Shown here: in pieces, positions 37,401 through 49,262 of the stretch | Position numbering within the stretch: position 1 is the first letter of the stretch | How the letters are laid out: the number at the start of each line of letters is the position of its first letter | Assembly (NCBI GenBank): GCA_043228905.1 | Contig: JBHGNT010000013.1 | Location: 14,198,001-14,262,000 of the forward strand | Length of the DNA stretch: 64,000 nt | Source: Azolla caroliniana | Taxonomy: Eukaryota; Plantae; Polypodiophyta | Direction of reading: 5' to 3' | Notes under the pieces: generated by a model | Seen by the model: the letters and a program-made list of their open reading frames with translations, nothing else | The model's database searches: none | Told to the model about the DNA's origin: nothing | Program-made: the position numbers and the translations under genes

Positions 37401-39835
37401 AATAAAACTGACGAAGTAAGAGGCACCGCCAAGAGACTGATGCGGCATTGGGCCACAGACGTCCGAGTGGACCAAATCGAGAGGTCTCGTTTCTCTTGGT
37501 GCTGATGTCGGGTGTGATGCGGCTGCTTGTTTGCCATACTGGCAATGCTCGCAGAATTGATGGTCGGAGAAGGAGAGTTTAGGGATGTATCCGGCTCTAG
37601 ATAGGTGCGTGATGCCGGCCTTGCTGAGGTGTCCTAATCTTCTGTGCCATAGTGATGACACAGGAATATCCACCAAAAACAGGTTACCCTCTCTGAGCGT
37701 AACATGTAACGGATACAGTGAGTGTATCTTGGGTCCTCTAGCAAGCAGGAGGTTCCCCCTGTGGAGTGTCCACCCTCCCGAAGAAAAACCGGCACGAATG
37801 CCGTCTTCATCTAGTTGTCCGACTGAGATCAATGGCCTTGAGAGCTCGGGTACATGTCGGACATTGTGGAGTACAAGTGTAGAGCCACCTGCAAGGTTGA
37901 GCTCTACTGTGCCGATTCCAATGATGTCACAGTGTTACGAGTTGCCTACCCGAACTGAGTCGGAGTGACGGATCGTATATTGCCGAAATTGGGATCGATG
38001 AGGAGTCACGTGAAATGACGCGCCCGAATCTAAGAGCCATGTGCTCGATTCTTCAGTCGTGAGTAGAACTTCTGATCCGACTGGATTTTCGATTGATAGT
38101 ATATTCGGGTCGTCCGGTAGTACATCAGTTGAGAAGCTGACGTAATTGATCTCCTCATGCCGGCCACTCTTCTTGTCTGATTTCTGAGACTTGTCGTTCT
38201 TGTTCTTGAGTGCGCGGCAGTCGGCTTTGATGTGTCCGGGTTTCTTGCAATAGTTGCAGATTCGTTTATCCCGTGACTGGCTCCGTCTTCGCTGATTGTT
38301 CGGCGGCCGTGAGGAATCTCTTCCTCGTATGTTCGATCGGTTTGTCGAACCTTGTACTACGTAAGCGTCGTCTGTTGAGTCTTTGGCGAAAGACTTTCTC
38401 CGAGCTGCTTCGGTCAGGATTGCGCTCGTGACTTCGGAGTATTTAACAGCCGTGGTTGACGCGTTGCACACGGTTGTGACGAAAGTTTCCCATGATGAGG
38501 GAAGGCTGCTCATGAGTATCATTGCTCTGAGTTCATCCTCGATTGCCGTCCCCTGTGACGAGATTTGGGAGCTTATGCTTTCGTACTCATTGAGGTGTGC
38601 TTGAACCGAATCAGATTCTTTCATCCGCAAGTTGTAGAGGCGCCGGATCAGAAACATCTTCGTTGCGGCGACCTTCTTTTCGTAAGTGTCCGACAGTGTT
38701 TTCCACAGTTCGAATGCTGTCGTACACGATTGCACCGTAAAGTATACCGATTCCGATAGGTGCATCCGAATCGTGGCGCGGACAATTCTGTCCAGCTTCT
38801 GCCACTCAATTGGTTTGTATCCTTCTGGAGGTTCTTCATTTTCGATGGGATCGATTTGCCCCTTGACTATGAGATAGTCCTGCATTTGCTCCTTCCAGAA
38901 GTTGAAGTTCGATCCATCGAACTTTCGTAGACTCATTTCTGACGAGCCGGATGTTGATGCCATCAAATTTGGTTTCGGTTGACGAAGCTCGGTTCGGAGT
39001 TGACTACGAGCCTTGTTGGAGTGCAGCCGGTTGGCTCACCCGATATTGCTCTAGTCGGATTTGAACCCGAGTCGGTTCGGCTTCGGAACTTGCTCGAATT
39101 GACTCCGGTAGCTTGAGGGGCAGAACCGACTGGTCTTCCCGAATGTTGCCGAGTCGGAGTGAGCCCGGTTCGCTTCGGATATATATGCCGAATACCAATT
39201 ATTGAAACCGATTATCTGGACCGATTCTGCTTCGGTTGACTGCAGCAACGAGAGAGACGGATCCAACTGATCCTCCCGAATGTCGATCAGCCAGATGAAG
39301 CACGAATTTGGGTTGTTGTCAATGTTGCACAAGGGGATTTCACCTCGAGCGGTTACGATCACAAGGAACAGAGTACAACCTGCTGGCTTACTCCAAGCGA
39401 AGATGATCTAACGCGATGAGATGCAAACCTCGTTTTTCTTCTTCTTCTCTCTTCGAATGACGCAGGAAACCGAATACTGTGCAGGCTGAGACGACGGCCG
39501 ACAGCGGATTGAAGGACCGACTACTGTGCAGGCTCTGATACCAGATGTTGGAGACAAAGTCGTCAGTGCGGAAGATCAAGGAGCATTCGAGTGCTGCTGA
39601 ATACCTGCGTATGACTGTTTCTATGTCGTTGCACAGAGAGAGAGTGAGAGAGAGAGAGAGGGACACAAAAGAGTTTCTTATTCCACAAAGTAATAATACA
39701 ACATCCAACCTTACAAAAAGGTTACAAGGTCACTATATATAGTGACCGACTTAGGGCAACTACCCTTTATGCTAATTACATAAAAAGCCAAAACGGGATA
39801 GTGTGAATACGTCCATTATACACATGTATTCGACA
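34449..39835 (-). mobile_element. Ty1/Copia LTR retrotransposon, full-length and young, nested in G
   Basis: 290-bp LTRs at 34449-34738 and 39546-39835 (about 3 differences); 5-bp TSD CGTGG; tRNA-iMet PBS TGGTATCAGAGC at 39532-39543; PPT GGGGGAG next to 34739. Confidence 0.95.
34932..38966 (-). pseudogene. Copia gag-PR-INT-RT-RH polyprotein, one reading frame broken by two in-frame stops
   Basis: CNYCKKPGHIKADC, WLLDSGAS, LVHSDVCGP, RTDNGGEF, LDVKTAFLHG, YVDD, YTDSD, KHIDVRYHF. The three ORFs share a frame; stops at 37935 (TAA) and 36858 (TGA in GY*LWD) look like C>T changes. Confidence 0.92.
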
Positions 39836-41024
39836 CGTGGGGCGGAGAGAGTCGGCACGCCGAGGTGTGCGGCACACAAAGGGCGAAATCCGGCATTCGA
39901 CCGGGAGCGCATCCGGAGGATATACGAGGCGGACAAAGGAAGAGCAACCGGGTCGGCGACGACGTTCGGGAGGACTGAACGGGGAGGAAAGCACGGGCAT
40001 CGGATACGGAGGGTCGGATGTAGTCGGTGGTTCAAGGACCCACGGTGGACGTGGCGGATCGGATGGCGTCGACGGTTCGAGACCATTCGGCGAGGATGGT
40101 GGGCCGGAAGACGGCGGTGGTTCGTGTGGATGGGTTGGTCTTGCTCGAAGTGGAAGACAAAGCCGGGCGGGCCCACGAGGACGCTAAGGACTCGGTCGAT
40201 CGTCGTGGCCGAAAATCTCGTGTTCTCTCCCCTATGTTTTGGCACATACCGGAGGATGTGCGGTTAGGTGGGGGCGGATGTCGTGAAGATTTTCGTCCAC
40301 AAGCGGAAACCCGAGCAACGAGAGCCAAAGAGCGATGTGCAACGTTGCATACGTACATAATGTATTTGTAATAATAATAAAGGTATAAAGGTGATATGGT
40401 TGTACGCACATCCACGCGAGAGAGAGAGAGAGAGAGGTACTATGCGGTACATGGGTACCTAGTTGTTTGTGAGGAGGTGGGAGTTAAGGGGCCATCAATC
40501 TCACCCTCCCCCAAATCAAGGCAAATATCCCCTTTGAATGAAAGGGGATATTTTAGTCTCACTTTTGTAAGCGGTCTTCCCTCCTTGTGCTATAAAAGGA
40601 GAGAGAAGGCACCATTGTGGGGGTTGCCTATTTTGAGTGTGCGAGGTATACCACATAGGTCGAACGTTAGGGTTCGGTTAGGGTTTTCTTCTTGGGTTTT
40701 CCTTTAGGGTTTTTCATATAGTCGTTTGGTGCGGCCATGGCGGCCACCATTTGCTGTAATCATTCATTTCTTAATAGAACTTCTTGTTGAGTATCTTGAT
40801 TGCATCTTCTTCTTCTATCATAATGTCATATATTCGTTCTCTTCTCCTCTTGAGCTATTCTTTCTCCTCCACTCCCTAGTCCAAGACCCCCATGGTCCCG
40901 CCCTTCTACACGCACGTGCGTAATAACGCGATAGCGGTCCCGCCTTATTTCATACGTGTGAGCGTAACAACACGACATTAATTTGGTGAACCCGACGTGA
41001 ATTAAGGTTGCAGAGGAATAAAAA

Positions 41025-43136
41025 ATGAGGGGATCGGAGCTCGCCGAAGCCATGGTGGCAACAGTTGATCGGATAGTAAGTGCTTGCGAGGGCACGAGCG
41101 CCCTCGACAAGGCCATCGAAGCAATTGTCGGCACAATAGGCCGGTTCGATGGGAAGGACGCCACGAGTTATTTGGTGGCCTATCGGGCCGAAATTGTGAT
41201 GAGGGGTATCCCGGAGGATAGGCGGCTAGCTGGGTTCCCTCGGGTAGTGACACCGGGCATCCACGTAGAGGTGCTCGAGGTGCAGGCTAGATGCCAGACC
41301 TCGGGGGAATTCGAAGCGCGGCTCCTCGAACGGTACAGGCTTGATGACACTCTTCGGTTGTTGAAGCGGGACTTTATGGATTGGGTGGGGACCCCAAGAA
41401 AGGGGAGGAATGCGTCGACGCTCCTCCGGGAGTTTGAGGAACGCTTCGCATGCCTCTCAGCACTGGACAAGACCGTATTGGACACGAGCCGTGTCCTTTT
41501 ATTCGTCAAAGCTGTGGACGTGCGAGATCGGGAGCAAGTGGGTCTCCTGCTGGAGACGGACGATGGGCTGACGACCGACTGGGCCGTGGTAAAAGTGGTC
41601 TGCGGCCGTTTTGACAAATGGTGTGAGTGGGTCGACAAGGGCTCGTCGGTGGCATGAGCGGTTGCGGCAAGAAACCTCGAGGGACCCCCGCTGGCACGCA
41701 AGGAGGAAACCCGGGATTGCCTTGAGATAGGCACGTCCAGCGTGGTCAAGGGCCCGTCTGGCGGAGCGGCTTTGGAAGAACTGACGCAGATGGTACGAGA
41801 CCTTTAGATTGCACAAGCGAGGAGGGACGGTGGCGTGCAGCCTCGCGATCGAAGGCCTCCGGGTGGGCATCGGTGCTTGTGGTGTGACGCGGTCGATCAC
41901 ATCCGGAAGGACTGCGTGGACTTCGCAGAAGAAATAAGGGCTAATGTGGTATACCTATGGAACAGGAGGGTGCACGCTAGTGACACCCGGAGAGCCCTGG
42001 AGCTGAATATCGGACGGGGAGGGATGAAGAGGTTGATGGAAGAAGCGGCGGCGCGCCACACGGAGACCATCCACTACTCGGCGTCGGCAGGAATCCCGGT
42101 CGGAAGTGACCAAGGCCGAGAGACGAAAGACTCCAGGTTTTGGCCGGTGGTGCTAGAAGGCCTCGCGGGCGTGCGGTTGAAAAGGGAGGAAGCGGACCGT
42201 GCAGAAAGACGGGTCCAGGAGGTCACCGGGTGGAGCGATCTGGTCAAAGAAAAGACCGGCTTTGTGGAAGCGGCATGCCAGAACTACGAAGTTCTAGTAG
42301 AAGACAATTGTGCGGGAAAAGCCAGAGGGGGTGGACCCTCGCATTGGTACGAGACCCGATCTGGGCCGAAGCAGAATGATGCCGGTGCTGCCGACACACC
42401 GGATAAAGCAAAGAAAGCCGGTTATTGATTGAGCACGGAGATAGAAAGAACGACGGACTTGCGGAAGGTCCTTGAGGAACGAATCCTCGACAGCAAGGTG
42501 GAGTTGTCGCTGAGGGAAGTGCTTGGGAAAGAATTCCATGACTCCATCGTGGACTTGGTGAAGCGAAAAAAGCTTTCGACGGAGCTGGAGTGGGAGAAGC
42601 CGGTGGAGGTGCGAACAACGCACCTAGAAGACATGGCCCTAGAAGACGAGTTGGCGGAAAGTCACTATTCAAAGCTGGAGTGGGCAAGAGCCACTACGGA
42701 GACCTCGGTTAGGATCGAGGACGTCCAGGAACCGGTGGTGGCATTGGTGGACCACAGTTCGGAAATCGACCTGATGTCTATGGACTTCTACAAGAAGGGC
42801 AAGTGGCCGATCAACACCAAGCATGGGTGGAAAATACGAGCGGCGACGCGCGCCATGGAGGAGCTACATGGGGCCTGCCTGAATGTACGGGTAAACATCG
42901 GTGATGTCGAGATTGACCAGCATTTCTTCGTGCAGGAGACATTGTCACATCCAGTGATACTCGGAGAACCGTACATTACGGTAGCACCCATGGAGACGAA
43001 AGTGCTAGATAACGGTTCGGCGTACGCGCACGTGAAGAGCCAAGACGGGGGACACTCCGTCCAGTTTCTGACGGTGCGACCGAACCATGAGCGCAACTGC
43101 AAGACCCTTGGCGGCGAAAGCTGAGGGAATTTTTAG
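41025..43136 (+). pseudogene. gag-PR of element A, degenerate
   Basis: MRGSELAEAM..., CLWCDAVDHIRKDC, ALVDHSSEID, QFLTVRPNHERN; several stops. Confidence 0.85.
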
Positions 43137-45773
43137 AGAGGGCTATCAAGGCGTGGGGTCACTATCGTGGAGAAAACCGTCCCTAGGAGAAATCGATGGA
43201 TGATATGCGTGAACCGGCCATGACACACGGGCACATGTTTTGATAGATTTATATACATAGTTAAGTACAGGCCGGAGATGTAACTATCATAGGTAGCACT
43301 AGTTCATTAAGTAGGGAATCAAGGAGAATAACAGGAATTTAACGGTCTGTACATTACTCTCTCCTTGTGCTATAAAGGGAGAGGAAAGGGGCTTGAGTAG
43401 GGATCGCGTGTTGAGTGGACGAAGTGCTGTCGGACTGGGAACCGAGCTCTCTCCTCCACCATCGCTGTCGCTTCTATAGGGATTTGGGTTAGGTTGGCTG
43501 CCTCTACTGCGTGAAAGCCCGCATGCTTCCGATAGAGGCTCCACCACGTATTTCAGGGCGTGCGTTCGTCTGTGTCTCGTTTATCATCGGCTTGCCGGTT
43601 GTAACATTGCAAGCTGTAACCTATATTGTTATTGGATTAGATTCTTTCATTTTTTTGTCTCTCTGTGTTTCTGCGAGTCTCTCTCTTTCTCTCTTTCTCG
43701 CTCAAATTCCTCGGTTTAGGGCCCCCGCGGTCCCGCCTTATTTCCTACGCGTGAGTGTAACAACACGACATAAATTTGGTGAACTCGACGTGAATTAAGG
43801 CGGCAGAGGAATAAAAATGAGGGGATCAGAGCTCGCCGAAGCCATGGCGGCAGTAGTGGATCGAATAGTAAGTGCTCGTGAGGGCACGAGCACCCTCGAT
43901 AGGGCCATCGAAGCAATTGTCGGCACAATAGGCCGGTTCGATGGGAAGGCCGCCACAAGTTATTTGGTGGCCTACCGGGCCGAGATGGTGATGTGGGACA
44001 TCCCGGAGGAAAGGTGTCTGGCTGGTTTCCCTCGGGTAGCAACACCAGGCATCCACGTAGAGGTGCTTGAGGTGCAGGCTGGATGCTGGACCTGGGGAGA
44101 ATTGGAAGCGCAGCTCCTCGAGCGGTACGGGTTTGATGACACGCTTCGGTTATCGAAGCAGGATTTTATGGATTGGGTAGAGACACCAAGAAAGGGGAAG
44201 AATGCGTCGGTGTTGCTCCGGGAGTTCGAGGAACGCTTCGCACGACTTTTGGCGCTGGACAGGACCGTACTGGACACGAGTCGTGTCCTTTTATTCGTCA
44301 AAGTTGTGGACGTGAGGGATCGGGAGCAAGTGGGTCTCCTACTAGAGACAGACGATGGGCTGACGATCATCTGGGCCGTGGTAAAGGGGGTCTGCGGCCG
44401 TTTCGACAAACAACGTGAGTGTGTCGACAAGGGCTCGTCGGGGGCAGGAGGGGTTTCGGCGAGGGAACCTGGGGTTGGCTTGAGACAGGCTCGTCCGGCG
44501 TGGTCAATGGGCCGTCCGACAGAGCGGCTTCGGAGGAGCTGACGAAGATGGTACGAGACCTCCAGATTGCAGAAGTGAGGAGGGACGGCGGCGAGCAGTC
44601 TCGTGACCGAAGGCCTCGAGGCGGGCATCGGTGCTTGTGGTGCGACGCGGTCGGTCATGTCCGGAAGGACTACGTGGACTTCGCGGAAGCAATAATGGCT
44701 AATGTGGTATACCTATGGAACGGAAGGGTGCACGCTAGCGAAACCCGGAGAGTCCTGGAGCTGAATATTGGACGGGGAGGGATGAAGAGATTGATGGAAG
44801 AAGCGGCGGCGTGCCATGCGGAGACCATCCACTACTCTGCGTCGGCAGGAATCCGGGTCGGTAGTGACGAAGGACGAAAGATGAAAGACTCCGGGTTCTG
44901 GCTGGTGGTACTAGAAGGCCTCGCTGACGTTGTCGTGATATTAAGCAAGTGCGTGTGGAATCGAGGCGGGACCGCGGGGGTCTCGAACCAAAGAGCAAGC
45001 GAGGGAGGAGAAAGAGAGAGAACCGGCTACGCAGGACCGGGGATACACAGGGACACGGCCCTTCAGCACGGAGAACGCGGACAGAGACCGACACAGACAG
45101 ATGTGAATGACTTAATATGTATATTAAGAAAATGGCTAATCACGACTACAACCCTCGACGGGGCACAGGTTGGTTACAACCGAACAGGCCGGCGAACAGA
45201 TGCCGATGCCTGTTCACTTCGACGCACAAAGGGGCTGCCGGAAGCACTCGGGCGTTCCTCGAAACAGCGCGAGCCTCCTCGGAACCCTGCACAGAAAGCT
45301 ATGGAGCTCCAGAAGGAAGGAAACAGAGAGAGAGAAGCGTCCAGAAACGGTCCGACAGCACTTCGTCCTCTCCGTCCCCGATCCCCCTGCAACAGCTCTT
45401 TCCCGCTCCTTATATAGGCCGACGAGCAGGCCGTCCTGTCAGCTTTATTCCCTGTCCCTTTTGGACAGGGATCCGCTCCGTTTTCCACGCATCCGCGTAG
45501 TTACGCCGCCGACTCGTACAGTTCGCGCGCGCGACCGAAAAGACTGTTCGCGCGGTCTTTGTCTCCACTTGAGTTAGGGCCCGTTCCTGCCGATTATCCT
45601 CCCGATTCGCTTCTATGTACAACTTGGAGCGTGCGTGCGTGAAGAACCGGTTCCCACGCCTTGGTGCGCCGATTCCGCCTATGGACGGTTTTCTTCACGA
45701 CATCCGCCCCCACCTAACCGCGCATCCTCCGGTATGCGCCAAGAGAGTTGGGACGGAGAAAACCGGCCCGTCT

Positions 45774-48700
45774 TCATTCCTCGCCCGTCGGTTCTTCCTC
45801 GTTTTCGGATCGTTCGTCACTGCCGACCAGGAGAGCCGGGTCTGGCTCGTCGTCGTGTCGCTTCTTGAACGCTTTGATCCGCTTCCCTGCAATCGGTATC
45901 GCCACTCTCGTGCCGTCGAGTTCCGCCAGGTGATATGTCCCGTTGTCATTGGCGCTCCGTACCACGTAGGGCCCGAACCACCTTCGTGCGAACTTCCGTG
46001 TAGCTCGGTGCTGGTTGTCGAGGCTGCTGTCGTAGACGAGCACCCAGTCACCTTCTTCGATTTTCTTCGGTCGGAGCCGGTGCGTTCGGTCGAACCTGGC
46101 TTTGTTCTTTTTCCTCGCCACCCGGAGCTTCTCCGTAGCCAGTTCCACGTCCTCCGGTCTCCGCTCGAGCTGTCGTATGCGCGCGGCCAACAACTCCTCC
46201 CGGCTCATCTCGTCCCTCCAGTCGACCGTCGCCCACGAGGAGATCGTCCGTTCCATCGGCATGATCGGCTTCTGGCCGAACATGAGCTCCGTCGGCATGT
46301 ACCCGGTTACCGAACTGTGCGTGGTCCGGTCCGCCCACAAGGCATAAGGTAGCAGCCACGGCCAGTTACCGATTCGGCCTCTGCATGCCCGAACCAACGC
46401 CTTGACGATCGGTCCGTGTCCGCGCTCCACCTTTCCATTCGCCTCCGGATTGTACGCAGTGGTGAGCGCGAGCTTGACTCCCAGCCGGTCGAACAGCTCC
46501 GTGGCTTCTTCGGCGTCCAACTCCCCTCGGTCAGCCACGATCTTCCCGACGCACCCGTACCGGCATATCACGTCCTCGATTAGGAACCGGCATACGGCCG
46601 CGGTCGTTTTGTTCGGAAGGGCCCGGCCTTCCACCTGGTTCGTCAGATCCTCCCGCGCTAGGACCAGGTACCGCATCTGTCCTACACCCATTGGCATCGT
46701 TACCAGATCTACCATCCATTTGAAATGGATGGCCGGAGGGTACGTAGGGTGAAGCTCGTCTCGATGTCGGACTAAGGAGTGCATCTGGCAGCTCTCGCAA
46801 GTTGTCAGGAACCGATGCACGTCCTGGTACTGCCCCGGCCACCAATACTTCCCCTTCAGTTTCTCAAACGTAGCCCATGTTCCACGGTGTCCAGCCCAAG
46901 GGCTGTCGTGGTAGGCCGTCAGCAGCTCCTCCCGTTCTTCCTTCATCGCCACCACCCGGAGCGGAACGCCGTTCTTCTTCTTCGGGTGCTTCCATAGACA
47001 GCCATCCCGGAGAAAGAACCGGTACGCTCTCTTCCGGATCCGGTCGGCCTCGTCCTTCGTCCATGACGCATCGGGCGTCATTGTCTTCAGAAACCCACCG
47101 ATCTGCAACCACTCCCCGTCGTACTTGCTCGCGTCGAAGTCGTTAAGCGCCGGAGTGCTTGTTCCGTCTGTTGTTACATACGCAGTCTCGAAGAAGTCCA
47201 CGCCGACGTCTTCGTCCTCCGAAACCATGCCGCCCTCGTCATCGAATCTTGCCCTTGAAAGCATGTCGGCCATGGCGTTGTCTTTCCCGGAAATGTGTCG
47301 TATTTCCGGGTCCAGGGACTTGATGTACGCTATCCACCTGAGCATTGCCAGGTCCGGCGTCGCGCATCCGGAAATCATGCCGAGAATCGGCATGCAATCC
47401 GTCTCTATAATTACCTCTGTCCCGATCAGATAGTCCTTGTCGGCCTTCACCGCCGAAACGATACCCCAGAGCTCGCGTTTAACCTGGGCGTATCCTCGCT
47501 GCCGTTCGCTGAGGACCTTCGCACCGAATCGGACCGGAAACCGATTGCCGTCCTCATCTTCTTGGTTGACGACCCACCCGATTCCGGTCGGACGCGTGTC
47601 AACCGTTATGTACACTGGGGTGCCCTTCCTGTAGACGGCCTTTCGGAGCGCCGGTGCTGCCGAAAGAGCCTCCTTCAGCTTCCGGACCGACTCTGTGTGC
47701 TTGTCTAGCCATTCGAATCTTCGCCCTTTCTTCAATAACCCGTACAGCGGCTCCGCGACGTGCGCGTAATGCGGGATCCATATGTGGTAGAATGCGCATG
47801 CCCCCAGGAATCTTCGTACTTCCGTGACCGAGCTGCAGTCGGGCTTCATCGCGGAGATGGCTTCTACCTTTGCCGGAGACGGTTTCCGGCCATACGACCC
47901 ACATAAGTGTCCGACCACCATGATTTCCGACTGGCCGAAGGCTGATTTCTCCCCCGAGAAGGTTAGCCTCGCATCCTCTAGCCTTTGCAGCACCTTCTCG
48001 CAGTCGTCGATGTGCGTTACCACGAATCGCCGGCATCCGTCCGGCCCGATCGTCTCGTCCTTCTCTTCTACCGGGCATCCCTTGATCGGGATGTCGTCTA
48101 GAAACGGCATGGTGATGTCCGGGATGCAGTCCCTCAGCACCTTGTTCATTGCATTCACCATGTGGGCCACCGAGTTGGTCCCTCCTTGCGGCAGCGTACA
48201 CATCCGCACTAGGCCGAGGGGAGTTCGCATCGTCGTAATGTCCCTGCTCTCCACGGCTAGCTGGAACTGGTCGTACCCTGAATATAGATCACCGACCGAG
48301 TAAATCGACCTTCCGGCGAAGGCCTCCGCGAACTCGTCTATGGTCGGTCCGATCCCCGCGTTCCGAATGGTCACTCTATTGACCGGCTGCAGGTCCTGAA
48401 TGAAGCGCAATGATCCGTTTTTCTTTGGTACGGTAAACCAGCGGTTCGAATACGGGGCGCTCGACGGCTCGAGAATGCCCATATCAACTTTCTGCTTCAA
48501 CAGCTCCATCAACTTCGGGATGTGAGCTCTTGGAACCGAAATTGGCTTGAGATTCCACGGTACATGAGGTACCGTGAATATCACCATCGGCTCTACGATC
48601 GTCGGGTCCACGCACCCGATCTCCTCCGGCGAGAATGCGAAGGCTTTCCCGTGCCTTCCGAGCATTCTCCGGAACCGGTCTTCCTCCGCCGGCAGTAGGA

Positions 48701-49262
48701 ACCCGCCCCCACCGATCTTCAGCTCGCGGAGCGTCTCGTTGGTGAAGGTGTGTCCTATGCAGGCCCGATCTCGTAAGCTGGGGTCCGATGCAACCCCTTT
48801 AATCCGGGATTCACTGTCCTCCGGTAAGGGCGCCGCAACTGGCCTCACCTTCCGGTCCACCGTCTTGTACTTGGTGCTCACTCGGGCCGTCCGTTCCGAC
48901 TCGAGCCCTCGACCGAAGTTCGCGATGACTTCGTACATTTCTTCGGAACATACCGGTATCGTCCGGTCTTCGTTAAGGTCTTCTTCGACTACCTTCCCCA
49001 GCATTCCCAAGGTGTCGTCGAAGGAGACCGCCTCCACGGCTCCGTTGATTCCTTCGTCAGGGCCGAGAACTCCGCACGCCCGAAGTCTCCCCTCCGTCTT
49101 TGTTTTCTCTCGGCCGGTGATGCCGACCATCGTACATGCTCCGCTGTCGGAGAAGCAAATTTTCCTACCTATTGTACACGGTTTTATCGTACAGATGTGG
49201 GGTTTTTCCGGAGCATCCGGACTGTCGCGGCCCCACGCCTTGGCAGTCCTCTCTAAAAATCC
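45774..49262 (-). CDS. pol (RT-RNase H-integrase) of element C, intact; open from the slippery site
   Basis: The 1118-aa ORF 45774-49130 extends upstream without a stop to GGA TTT TTA GAG at 49262 (GFLERTAKAWGRDSP...). Motifs FLDD, RH, HHCC, DDE and GPY; no chromodomain. Confidence 0.9.
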   Translation of the reverse strand, partial: GFLERTAKAWGRDSPDAPEKPHICTIKPCTIGRKICFSDSGACTMVGITGREKTKTEGRLRACGVLGPDEGINGAVEAVSFDDTLGMLGKVVEEDLNEDRTIPVCSEEMYEVIANFGRGLESERTARVSTKYKTVDRKVRPVAAPLPEDSESRIKGVASDPSLRDRACIGHTFTNETLRELKIGGGGFLLPAEEDRFRRMLGRHGKAFAFSPEEIGCVDPTIVEPMVIFTVPHVPWNLKPISVPRAHIPKLMELLKQKVDMGILEPSSAPYSNRWFTVPKKNGSLRFIQDLQPVNRVTIRNAGIGPTIDEFAEAFAGRSIYSVGDLYSGYDQFQLAVESRDITTMRTPLGLVRMCTLPQGGTNSVAHMVNAMNKVLRDCIPDITMPFLDDIPIKGCPVEEKDETIGPDGCRRFVVTHIDDCEKVLQRLEDARLTFSGEKSAFGQSEIMVVGHLCGSYGRKPSPAKVEAISAMKPDCSSVTEVRRFLGACAFYHIWIPHYAHVAEPLYGLLKKGRRFEWLDKHTESVRKLKEALSAAPALRKAVYRKGTPVYITVDTRPTGIGWVVNQEDEDGNRFPVRFGAKVLSERQRGYAQVKRELWGIVSAVKADKDYLIGTEVIIETDCMPILGMISGCATPDLAMLRWIAYIKSLDPEIRHISGKDNAMADMLSRARFDDEGGMVSEDEDVGVDFFETAYVTTDGTSTPALNDFDASKYDGEWLQIGGFLKTMTPDASWTKDEADRIRKRAYRFFLRDGCLWKHPKKKNGVPLRVVAMKEEREELLTAYHDSPWAGHRGTWATFEKLKGKYWWPGQYQDVHRFLTTCESCQMHSLVRHRDELHPTYPPAIHFKWMVDLVTMPMGVGQMRYLVLAREDLTNQVEGRALPNKTTAAVCRFLIEDVICRYGCVGKIVADRGELDAEEATELFDRLGVKLALTTAYNPEANGKVERGHGPIVKALVRACRGRIGNWPWLLPYALWADRTTHSSVTGYMPTELMFGQKPIMPMERTISSWATVDWRDEMSREELLAARIRQLERRPEDVELATEKLRVARKKNKARFDRTHRLRPKKIEEGDWVLVYDSSLDNQHRATRKFARRWFGPYVVRSANDNGTYHLAELDGTRVAIPIAGKRIKAFKKRHDDEPDPALLVGSDERSENEEEPTGEE

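Larger units (their letters stand above)
23672..40933 (+). mobile_element. Non-autonomous (LARD-like) Gypsy element G, about 4.9 kb after removing nested inserts
   Basis: Near-identical 655-bp LTRs at 23672-24326 and 40279-40933; 4-bp TSD GCGG (23668-23671 / 40934-40937); tRNA-Trp PBS at 24331-24348; PPT GGTGGGGGCGGA at 40267-40278. Degenerate gag start at about 24364-24760; no RT. Confidence 0.88.
23089..43162 (+). mobile_element. Ty3/Gypsy-type element A (outermost; 5' LTR split by element G, interrupted at 43163 by element B, 3' end not in window)
   Basis: 5' LTR = 23089-23671 plus 40938-40977 (TGTCGTGGAG...CACGACA), homologous to the uninterrupted LTR at 43163-43770. tRNA-Trp PBS at about 40984-41001; gag from 41025. 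Confidence 0.85.
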
